In this document: piece after piece, positions 1 to 9,319 of the stretch
Numbering within the stretch: position 1 is the stretch's first letter
Layout: each line of letters opens with the position of its first letter
Assembly: GCA_043228905.1 (NCBI GenBank)
Contig: JBHGNT010001016.1
Coordinates: forward strand, 1-12,910
Source of the DNA: Azolla caroliniana
Lineage: Eukaryota; Plantae; Polypodiophyta
Direction: 5' to 3'
Length of the DNA stretch: 12,910 nucleotides
Made by a program: the position numbers and the translations under genes
The notes under the pieces: generated by a model
Told to the model about the DNA's origin: nothing
The model's input: only the letters and a program-made list of their open reading frames with translations
Database searches by the model: none

Positions 1-191
1 ACTCGAAAGTGCGATGGTGGGCTGCTTCTTACTACTCCAAGATATTGCTCCGTTACCGAGCGAGAAGACAAATCCGGAGGTTGATCGTCGGTCAGCTTTG
101 TAGCCTACTCAGTCCGCGTATGTGTACCCTTCGAGTCGTATTGGTGTGGCCAATGGGTAGAGAACACTGTAATCCATTGTGTCGCTCACAT
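1..191 (-). pseudogene. pol: Element A: Ty1/copia pol fragment (RT/RNase H junction), degenerate
   Basis: Manual minus-strand translation gives VSDTMDYSVLYPLATPIRLEGYTYAD*VGYKADRRSTSGFVFSLGNGAISWSSKKQPTIALSS. This matches the copia GYxDADWAG..DRRSTSG..F.LG..AISWSSKKQ motif. There is a stop at 109-111 (expected TGG). Homology ends at 191, where TGTC begins. Confidence 0.93.
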
Positions 192-1515
192 TGTCGTGTG
201 AATCTTCACACACTATGTAAAAAAATAATGAAATAATTATTTTAGATTAGATTAGTAGCTTGTTATAGGAAGATGGATGTACTCAAGAGCTTCAAAACGC
301 ATTTTACTAGATACAAAATGGACAATTATATATCAAGTTATGAGAACATGAAGTTTGAGAAGATAGGGAAAATAGAACTATGATTTATCCCACATATATA
401 GGAAATTTAAGGCCCTTGCTATATAAGCAAATTGAGATCCCTTATTTTTTATTTGTGCTAATAGCACTTTGGCCACTTTGTCTAGATGGATGAATGTGGC
501 AAAGTTCCCAAAACCGACTGACAATAAAATGGAACCGGTCGGTAAGCTGGAAACCAAATTGGAATTGGTCGGTAAGCAAACCGGAACCGGTTAGTAAGCA
601 AACTGGAATCCACCGGTAAGCCAGAAACCAAATTGGAGCCGGTTGGTAAGCAAACCGGAACCGACCGGTATGCCGAAAACCAAACTGGAACCGGCCGGAG
701 AGCAAACCGAAACTTGCCGGTAAGCAAACCGGAACCGGCCGGTAATTAAAACGGAACCGACAAAACCTGCAATCGGATGGAGTTGGAAACTAGGTGGATT
801 CGGCAACCGGCGATTGGGCGAAGCCGGCAACCGGAAACTGGCGATCGGGCAGAACCGGCAACCGGACGAGGCTGGACATGGACCGAACGGATTGGATAGG
901 CGGCGATTGAAACGGGTAGATGATAGGATCATGTGGCTAATTAAAGTAAAGTAAAGGAAACTAAAGTAAAGGCCATGCGGACGCATGCAACTAAAGTTGG
1001 AGGGCATGCATAAAGTAAAGATCATATGGAAGGCATGAAAAGAAAAAGTGGAGAGATTATGCAAGTAAAGTAAAAACGCCATGTGGAACACATGCAAAGG
1101 GGTAGGGAGATGCAAACTGAAGTTCCTTAATGCAAGTGTATTGGGAAGAGACAAAACTAGGAATCCGAATTTTCTTAGGGGGAGCTATCACTTATAATTC
1201 AAATTTTTTCCATACGGAAGCTATTCAACTCATAACCCATAATCTCTTATCAAAGCCAAAAAACCCTAATTTTCTATCGAATCCATATCTCAAATTATTC
1301 TAATCTATTACTCTAGCAATCTCCATTAGCTAAACTTTTTGTAATCCCAATCTTGGGATTAATTGTAATCTTTCTTTCTATTTGTTAATGAAAATTGTCA
1401 ATCTTTCTTATTTCGGTTAATTCTTAGTACATAAACACACAAATTTGATATTCTCTGGTCGGAGGCCCCGAGGTCCTACCTCAAGTTCACGTATCCTCGT
1501 CGTATTTTCGTGACA
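192..1515 (+). repeat. 5' LTR of gypsy element B (~1324 bp)
   Basis: Begins TGTC exactly where the copia A frame is interrupted and ends TCGTGACA 4 nt before a PBS (terminal TGTC/GACA). The partner LTR is not in the window. Confidence 0.8.
531..761. repeat. Tandem array of 22-bp and 30-bp units in LTR B
   Basis: Core GGAACCGGYCGGTAAGCAAACC. Unit starts at 531, 561, 583, 605, 635, 657, 687, 709, 731 and 753 (lengths 30,22,22,30,22,30,22,22,22). Confidence 0.9.
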
Positions 1516-1519
1516 TCTT

Positions 1520-1537
1520 TGGTGAAGCCGACGTGAA
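1520..1537 (+). promoter_or_regulatory. Primer-binding site, tRNA-Trp
   Basis: TGGTGAAGCCGACGTGAA is 17/18 complementary to the 3' end of plant cytosolic tRNA-Trp (…TTCACGTCGGGTTCACCA, recalled from memory). It lies 4 nt after the LTR end. Confidence 0.8.
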
Positions 1538-1568
1538 GCGAGGTGGCAGGAGGATATCAAGTGCGACG

Positions 1569-3749
1569 ATGGCTTCGACAAGTGGAGCTCAAGGAGAAGA
1601 ATTAACGAAAGGCATGGTGTTCGTTGTGGAATACATGCTGAAGGCGAGAGATTGAGAGGCTTTAATCAACAAAGCTGTTGATCGAACGGTGGAGATATCT
1701 GGACGATTTGGTGGCAAGAATATCATGGATTTCCTTGCTACCTATCGGAATGAGATGCAACAGAGGGATGTCCATGATTTGAAACAAATTTCTAGTTTCA
1801 AGCATGTGGTGGAACCAGGAATCCGCGAGTGTGTCATAGAGATCCAAAACGAACACGCAACTTGGGCGGAGTTCGAGAAGGCGCTTCTTGCTAAATACAT
1901 GCTTGAAGACGTATCATGGATGACTCGACATACACTAATGATTTGGATCCAGAAGAAAGGAAAGAATCTGTGTGCATCGGGAGTATATGCGGAATTCGAC
2001 CAGAGGTACAACCGACTTCCGAATGTTGATCAACGAGCTCTCGATGGAGATAAAGTCTTGCTATTCCTGAAGGCGGTGGATACAAAAGACCGGCGAGAAT
2101 TGGGCGGATTTTGGGAGGACGAAACGCAACCAAATGGCTTGGTAGTGGACTGGACGGTGGTGAAAAAGTCTTGTAGCCGTCTTGATAAGCGTTGATAATG
2201 GCAAGAGGAAACTGATATGGAGAATCTACAAACATGGAGGAGGAAAGCACATGTGACGGTCGAGCCTAACAAGCGGATCAACAATTTCGACAAGAAAGAG
2301 ATGGAGGACTCTATAATCGAAGAGCTCTCCAAGGAATTTGAAGTAGTATCGCTGGCCAACTTAGGTCGACGCGGGCCCAAGGGAAAAGAAGCGTATAGAT
2401 GTGTGTGGTGCGACAACTTCGAGCACTCACGAAGGGAATGCGCTGATTTGCAAGACGCGATTCGCAAGAATGTCGTCTATTTGGATGACAACATGATCCA
2501 CTCGAGTGAGACCCGAAAGCCACTACGAGTGAACTTCAGAAGAGGCAGGCTAAAAAGGATTGTAGAAGAGGAAGATGCAAGGCATGTGGAAGCTATGCAC
2601 TATGCCGCATTGGCTGGGATACGAGTTGGAAAAGAGAATCTAAAGACGATCAAGCCAGAAACTGGGTTTTGGTCGACGGTCTTCGAGTGCGAGAGAAAAG
2701 GAAAAATTGATTCGGAAGATCTAAAACATGCTGATCAGAATGTGCGACGAGTTACTGGATGGTCAGATCCAGTTGACGAAAACACAAGCTTTGTGGAGGT
2801 AGTGTGCGACAACTATGAAGCTCTTGTCGAAGAGAAGTGGAAAAGAACCGATGAAGAAGATGGCACGTCAAAGCATCCCAACACGAGGAACAAAGGGAAA
2901 GAAGGGAAAGTCCCACCTATGCCACGAAAAGAGGTTGGAGAAACAAGCATGAAGCCCGATGGATCGAGCCAACCTGCTCGGATGGAAGTCGAAGAATCAA
3001 CGAAGAAAGGAAAAGAACGAGCGGCACCAACTTACAAGTTAAGATCAGACATAGAACAAGCGGCTGACTTGCAGAAGGTCCTTGAGGAGAAGGTTTTAGA
3101 CAGTCATGTTGACCTTACTTTGAGAGAACTGCTTGGGATCGTGAAGGAGTTCCATGATACTATCGTGGACCTTATTAAAAGGAAGCAGCAACAATCTGAT
3201 GAAGAGGAGGTGAAAACAAGTGTCATAACCATGGAAAGATCGGAAGAGGAGGAGGAAGAAGAAGCGGTGGCGGATAGCCATTACTCTCGACCTCATTGGG
3301 CAAGAGCGACAACGGAGATGCCGGTGAAGATTGGGGAGAAGAAAGAAACTGTGGTAGCCTTGATTGACCATGGCTCGGAGATCAACCTCATGTCGACCGA
3401 GTTCTACAAGAAAGGAAGATGGCCGATTAATACAAACCACGGATGGAAGATTCAAGCGGCGACGAAGGCTACAGAGGACTTGTACGGAGCTTGCCCCAAC
3501 ATTAAAATCACGATAGGGGATGTGGAGATTGATCAACACTTCTTCGTGCAAGACTCGGCTTCGCATCCTGTCATCCTAGCACAACCGTATATAACATCGT
3601 CCCGGATGGAGATCAAGGTGTTCGATAACAGAGCGGCCTTCGCGTGCATCAAGAGTCTTGATAGTAAAAGATCTGTTCAATTCCTAACGGTGCGAGCTAA
3701 TCACGAAAGGAACCGAGATAGCCTTGGAGGCGAATCCTTGTATTTTTAA
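1569..3749 (+). pseudogene. gag: Gypsy gag-protease ORF with premature stops
   Basis: ATG 1569 and track ORFs 1689-2195 and 2217-3749 share one frame, with stops at 1653-1655 and 2193-2198. Zinc knuckle CVWCDNFEHSRREC (CX2CX4HX4C); protease ALIDHGSEINLMS…HPVILAQPY. Confidence 0.9.
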
Positions 3750-3802
3750 AGCGGACTATTGAAGCATGGGGCACAAATAGTCCGAGCAATCATAAGTCCC
3801 CA
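3740..3802 (+). promoter_or_regulatory. Candidate -1 programmed ribosomal frameshift signal (slippery-like site plus pseudoknot)
   Basis: G TAT TTT (3740-3746) directly precedes the TAA stop. Perfect 9-bp stem CGGACTATT (3752-3760)/AATAGTCCG (3776-3784). Loop TGGGG (3767-3771) is complementary to CCCCA (3798-3802). Pol is in the -1 frame. Confidence 0.72.
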
Positions 3803-5507
3803 CAAGGAAGTAGAGTGCGTGGATTGCAAGGAGAAGTGTAAAGAATCAAGAGATGGATTCTTGTGAAGCAGAAGAGATATGAGTTATGTGTGTGTATGAG
3901 AGAGAGAGAGAGTGAGAGAGAGAAGGAATACGCAAGGTAAAAATATATTAACAAAGGAGAAAGACTCAACATTATACAAGGTGGGAGGAGGGTGCTTTAT
4001 GTAGTCACCCTCTCTCTTCATTAACTACAAGCCTCATGGAGCATGGGGAATGTGAAAGCTCATAAGTTATGTGTCATAGAATATGATTCTATGACTCATA
4101 CTAAATGCTAGAATACAAAGTGGTGACATAATGGTGACTCTTGACCGTTGGAGTGTCTCTTCACTCTCAAGGTGAGTTCACACACTAGACCAAGTTGAGC
4201 TTGATTCTCAACAAGAAGCAACATGCATCACACCTAGTGGCGCATGCAAACTAAGACTACTCAACAAGAAGGAAAAGTGTCAGATACAAGACTTCGAGGA
4301 GGTGCTCAAAGAAGAAAGCATAATTGAAGAAGAAGAATTTGTGTCTTATATTCTGGAGGAAGCCTCATTTAACGACACCATCGGCGAAATCAAGGAAGTC
4401 GTGGACTTGAGCTATCCTCACCATCAACATGTGATTTCAGTTAACTCCATCAACATGTACACTATCATCGATGAATATCATCGAGGCATCTTGATAGAGG
4501 AAGCCGAAGTCAACACAAAATATAAAACCGTGGATAGGAAGGTCAAGCCAGTTGCAGTACCACTACTGGAAGATAGCTAGCAAAAGATGAAGGAAGTTGC
4601 AAAAGATCCAAGCTGAAGGAACCCAAATACAATTGGTCACGTCTTCACTAAAGAGATGAAGGGAAAGCTACGAGTTAGAAGGGAGGATTTCCTCCTTCCT
4701 GAAGAGGAGCAAATGTTCCACGGAATGCTTGAAAGACATGGGAAGGCTTTTGCATTTCCCCCACAAGAAATCGGATGTGCTAATCCACGGATGGTAGAAT
4801 CGATGGTGATCTTCACGGTGCCGCATGTGCCTTGGAATTTGAAACCGATACCGGTTCCGAGAGCTCACCTACCGAAGCTGATCGAGCTCTTAAAGGAGAA
4901 GGTGAGGATGGGAATTTTGGAACCGTCAAATGCTCCTTATTCTAATAGATGGTTCATGGGGCCAAAGAAGAATGGATCGTTGCGATTCATTCAAGATCTT
5001 CAACCTGTCAACAAGGTGACAATTCGGAATGCTGGAATCGGTCCAAGTGTGGATGAATTTGCCGAGGCGTTTGCGGGCCGGTCCATCTACTCCATTGGTG
5101 ATCTCTACTCTGGCTACGATCAATTCCAGTTGGCGGTCGACAGTCGTGACATTACAACCATGAGAACTCCTATCGGGTTGGTGCGGATGTGTACCTTACC
5201 TCAAGGTTCAAAGAACTCGGTGGCTTATATAGTGAATGCCATGAACAAGGTCTTGAAGGATTGCATCCCGGATATCACGATGCCATTCTTGGATGATATT
5301 TTGATAAAAGGATGTTCGGATGAAGAGAAGGATGAATCAAAAGATAAGGATGGATGTAGAAAGTTCATCGTGGATCATATGAAAGATTGCGAGAAGGTGC
5401 TCCAAAGGCTCGAAGATGCGAATTTGACATTTTCAGGAGAAAAATCCGCATTCGGGCAACCAGAGATCTTGGTGGTAGGTCACTTGTGTGGAGCATACGG
5501 TCGGAAG
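3743..5507 (+). pseudogene. pol: Gypsy pol (linker plus reverse transcriptase), split by solo LTR C and truncated by element D
   Basis: The -1 frame reads FLKRTIEAWG…GLQGE|ATCITPSG…KYKTVDRKVKPVAVPL once 3837-4218 is removed. Stops at 4578-4580 and 4614-4616. RT motifs: GILEPSNAPYSNRWF, KKNGSLRFIQDLQPVN, DLYSGYDQ, LPQGSKNS, FLDD, VVGH. Confidence 0.92.
3837..4213 (-). mobile_element. Element C: solo LTR (377 bp), probably copia type
   Basis: Termini TGTAAAGAATCAAG…CTTGATTCTCAACA (14-bp inverted repeat, 2 mismatches). 5-bp TSD AGAAG at 3832-3836 and 4214-4218. The minus-strand start TGTTGAGAATCAAGCTCAACT nearly equals the start of LTR E. Excision restores the host frame. Confidence 0.92.
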
Positions 5508-5677
5508 TGTTGGGGAACAAGGTCGTCAGTGCGGAAGAACAAACAACGTTTGTGATGGTGAAGAGCTTGAGCAATATACACACACACAAAGAGAGAGAGA
5601 TAGGCACAAAAGAAACATTATATTTCTCAATAGCAACTGTAGTTACAAAATAACAACCACCTTTAACTAAAGGTTAC
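5508..5677 (-). repeat. 3' LTR of copia D, distal part
   Basis: Starts TGTT at the RT breakpoint and ends in the GTTAC TSD of element E. Confidence 0.82.
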
Positions 5678-6116
5678 TGTTGAGATATCAAGCTCAACTA
5701 GTTTAATCTAGTTAGTCAACACATGTAACTTAGTAGTTACCTAGATCGAATCTAGTTAATGTGTTGACCTTAAGCCTTTGAATAGGACCTTGTACTTAAG
5801 TGGGATATTCTAGATCCTCCACTCCTTAGTACATTTAATGTAGGACTTACACATAAGTACCTATGTTCTACCCACACATGTGCACCTTTGCACATGGGTT
5901 GTATATATACCTCATTGTGGGTATTTTTGTATGTTGATGACACTTTTCAATATAGTCAATCATCCCCCATTTATCTTTGTGTTTAAGTGTAACTTCCTCT
6001 CTCTCTCTTTTCCTCTCACACACTCTCACGCGCATATCATACTAATCTTCCGCTGCTTAACGTAACCATATAATTAGTCTCTAATTAACCCTAGTTAATT
6101 ACCTAATTACTTAACA
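5678..6116 (+). repeat. 5' LTR of copia E
   Basis: Direct repeat of 9320-9758, with 7 substitutions in 439 bp by manual comparison. Confidence 0.97.
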
Positions 6117-6127
6117 TGGTATCAGAG
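6117..6127 (+). promoter_or_regulatory. Primer-binding site, initiator tRNA-Met
   Basis: TGGTATCAGAG immediately after the LTR; this is the canonical plant copia PBS. Confidence 0.95.
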
Positions 6128-9007
6128 TGCGTGGTTTAGGAAATCCACTAAGCCCACCGCTTATTCATGATTGTGTGTTCGAGATGCCGACGACAAATCC
6201 CGGCTATTCGCTATCCGCTACCGTAGTGCCGCTACGAAGGACGTGTACGCGACCAAGAGAAGAAAAACAAAATAGAAGACACAACAATCAACATGAACAA
6301 ACAAATGGGAAGCTCACTCCCTAGCGAAAAGCTAGACCGAAGCAACTATTCATCTTGGGAGTACAATATGAATCAATACCTTGTCGGCCAAGGGTATTGG
6401 AGCTACATCAACGGCGCACAAGAAAACAAACCCGAAACCACACACGCCAACTACCCAACGTGGGAGCAAGGCGCCAGTCGGGTAATGTATTGCTTGGCAA
6501 CATGTGTAAACGACCACATGCTTAGCCACATTCGTGACGCCAAGACGCCTAAAGAGGCATGGGAAAATCTCAAGAAGATTTTCGCCGCGGACACATCCGC
6601 GCGCAAGCTTCAACTCCGGCAAGAGTTGAACAACATACGACAAAAAGAAATGTCCGTGACGAACTACACCGCCAAGATCAAGAGCATTTGCGACTCTCTT
6701 GGATCCATCAATGTCAACATCGACGAGGACGAGATGGTGCAAGTATGCTTGGGCGGCCTCGCACAACGATTCAAACCGTTGAGAACGGCAATCTTGGCGA
6801 GAGATACCCCTCCCTCGTTCGTCAACCTCCAATCAATGCTATTGGTTGAAGAAAACCACGTTCAACCAAAGACCAACACATCGGAAGGACAAATGCTCTT
6901 CTCCGATACGGATGGTGCCCATAGACGAGGTCGACGCGGAAGAGGTCAATTCGACCTATCCCACGAAGGGAATTCACAATTTCGGCAAGGAAACGGAAGC
7001 CATCGAGGAACCTTCACAAGAAGGGGGAGCTTCCATGCCGAACAAGGTCGGCGAACGACGCCACCTACATGCAACTATTGCGGCAAAATCGGCCATCGCG
7101 AAGAGGAGTGCCGAAAAAGACGAAGCAAGTTGGCTTCAACAAGCCGGCAACTCACAAATTACTCCGTGAACGCGGAATACGCGGACTACGGTGGACTCTT
7201 CGTGATGAGGCATAGAGCGAACTCTATGATGGTCTCCGATCCCGCAAACTCCGCAAGCACCTCCAACTCCGAACACGCGTGGTTCGTAGACTCCGGCGCC
7301 TCGCACCACATGACGTCGCACCAAGAGTGGTTTCGCGACTTGCGAACGCCGGATCGACCCGGCTACATAGAGACCGGAGACGACACTCCGCATCCCATTC
7401 GGCACATCGGCGATGTCCCATTCGGGAAAGAAGGCGAGCAAGATTGCATCAAGAATGTCTTGCACGTGCCCACAATAACAAAGAATTTGGTCTCGGTCGG
7501 CCAAATCGTGGAGCAAGGCATGCAAGTCCGCTTCAACAATGAAGGTTGCTTCATCGAGAAAGATGGCCGACTCATAGCCAAGGGATGGAGAGACGGTCTC
7601 TTGTTCATCCTCGACTCGAACGAGGTAAAATCGGCCATGTTCGCCAAAGGTCTCAAGACCGAGACAAACATCAAGTTGTGGCACAAGCGAATTGACCACG
7701 TAAACCTCCAACGGCAATCAAAGGGAGTTGTAATCGGACTTCCGACCTTCGAATCGAAACGAGTCGACCGAGTGTGTGAAGCATGCCAACTCAGCAAACA
7801 ACATCGACTCCCATTCCCGAAGGAGAGCTCCGCAAGCAAAGGCCTCCTTGACATAATCCACTCGGATGTATGGGGACCGACTCAAATGCCAACGCTTGGC
7901 GGATGCCGCTACTACGTCACCTTCATCGACGACCACTTGCGCTACGCGTGGATATACCCGATGAAGAAGAAGCGCGAAGTGCTCTCCCATTTTCAAAGGC
8001 TCAAAAGCCAAGTGGAGAAAGAAACCGGTCGGCACATTCGATGCCTATGATCGGACAGAGGAAAGGAGTACTTCTCCGACGATTTCACCTCCTACCTCCA
8101 AGGTGAAGGCATTCGTAGAGAATTCTCATGCTGACACACTCCCCAACAAAACGGAGTAGCCGAGAGAAAGAATCGGCAAATACTCGAGGTAGCACGCGCC
8201 ATGATGAGTGAGAAGCACATGCCAAACTTCTATTGGGCGGAAGCGGCATCCACGGCCGTCTATCTCATGAATCGATGCACCACAAATAGCATGCACGAGC
8301 TTACTCCATACGAGATCTTTGTTGGAAGAAAGCCCATCCTCTCGCACCTCAAGGTGTTCGAAAGCATTGCGAATGTACACATCCCGAACGAAAGTCAAGA
8401 GAAGCCCGACGCGAAGTCGGAAGAATGTATCCTCATAGGATACTTGTCCGCGAAAAAGGCGTACAAGTGCTTCAACCCCTCGACCCGAGCGGTGCGGATA
8501 TGTCGTGACGTCGTTTTCGACGAATCGGCATCTTGGTATAAGCCCGATGCGACTCCACCCGACCCGATCGAGGAAGAGTTGAACGCCAACTCGGACGACG
8601 AAACTCGGCCAAGTCCTCCACCGAAGGACAATCCAAGCTCTACCGAGCTAATTGGCCCACAAGAGCCTCCACGCGATGAAAACACGTCGCGGCCAAGTCC
8701 GACATCGGACAAAGGCAAAGGTAAGATGCCCGAATACGAAGTCGAGGTCCACCCTGACGACCGTGATTCGGATGATTCGGCTCGCTCACTAGACAGTGAG
8801 TTCGGTGTACCCATCATGAGGACACCCAGAGTAAAGAAGGCACTCACATCGAAAAACGAGAAACTCCGCCGCTCATCACGAGTGAAGACCCAAGTCACTC
8901 GTTACGCCTACAACGAGTATATGGCCCATCACTATGCCCTCGCGATGAAGGTAGTGATCGAACAAGAGCCCGAGGACCCAAGCCTTTATCACAGGCTTGA
9001 GGGGGAG

Positions 9008-9250
9008 AACAAAGCCGCGGAGAGCCGTGCAACGAAGCCGCGAAGACGCGAAGAAGGCCGTGCAACGCCGCGAAAAACAAAGCCGCGGAGAGCTACGCAA
9101 CGAAGCCGCGAAGACGCGAAGAAGGCCGCGCAACGCCGCGAAAAACAAAGCCGCGGAGAGCCGCGCAACGAAGCTGTGAAGACACGAAGAAAGCCGGGCA
9201 ACGCCGTGCAACAAAGCCGCGGAGAGCCGCGAAGAAAGCCGCAAGCCGCA
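9008..9250 (+). repeat. ~68-bp GC-rich tandem repeat, about 3.5 copies, in the 3' region of copia E
   Basis: Units begin AACAAAGCCGCGGAGAG at 9008, 9076, 9144 and 9210. Confidence 0.92.
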
Positions 9251-9310
9251 CCGATGTTGACGAATCTGAAGGAAGCTAAACCGGACGTTGGACGCCTCAC
9301 GCTTGAGCTT

Positions 9311-9319
9311 GAGGGGGCG
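9311..9319 (+). promoter_or_regulatory. Polypurine tract of copia E
   Basis: GAGGGGGCG abutting the 3' LTR TGTTG. Confidence 0.88.

Larger units (their letters stand above)
192..5507 (+). mobile_element. Element B: Ty3/gypsy LTR retrotransposon, 5' part (LTR-PBS-gag-PR-RT), interrupted in RT
   Basis: TG...CA LTR, PBS, Gag CCHC knuckle, then aspartic protease followed by gypsy-type RT with no integrase between them. The RT is cut at 5507/5508 by element D. Confidence 0.92.

Noticed and set aside
531-761. Regular short repeats resembling a CRISPR array
   Set aside because: Units are head-to-tail with no unique spacers, there are no cas genes, and the array lies inside a plant LTR.
442-1154. 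Minus-strand ORFs of 81-187 aa in LTR B
   Set aside because: Products mirror the tandem repeat and base skew and have no domain motifs.
1261-1269. Telo-box AAACCCTAA (similar words at 11721-11740)
   Set aside because: Single short motifs that are common in plant LTRs; not a telomeric array.
4260-4271. Second CTCAACA+AGAAG that could be the solo LTR end
   Set aside because: The 4213 end gives the 14-bp terminal inverted repeat and restores the pol frame; the 4266 end does neither.
3832-5507. Both insertions into gypsy pol follow RGAAG, suggesting target preference
   Set aside because: Only two events in GAA-rich coding DNA; the other target sites (GTTAC, GACTT, CACAT) differ.
5508-5555. C-terminal CWGTRSSVRKNKQRL of the 299-aa RT ORF
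   Set aside because: This is readthrough into the inserted LTR D, not part of RT.
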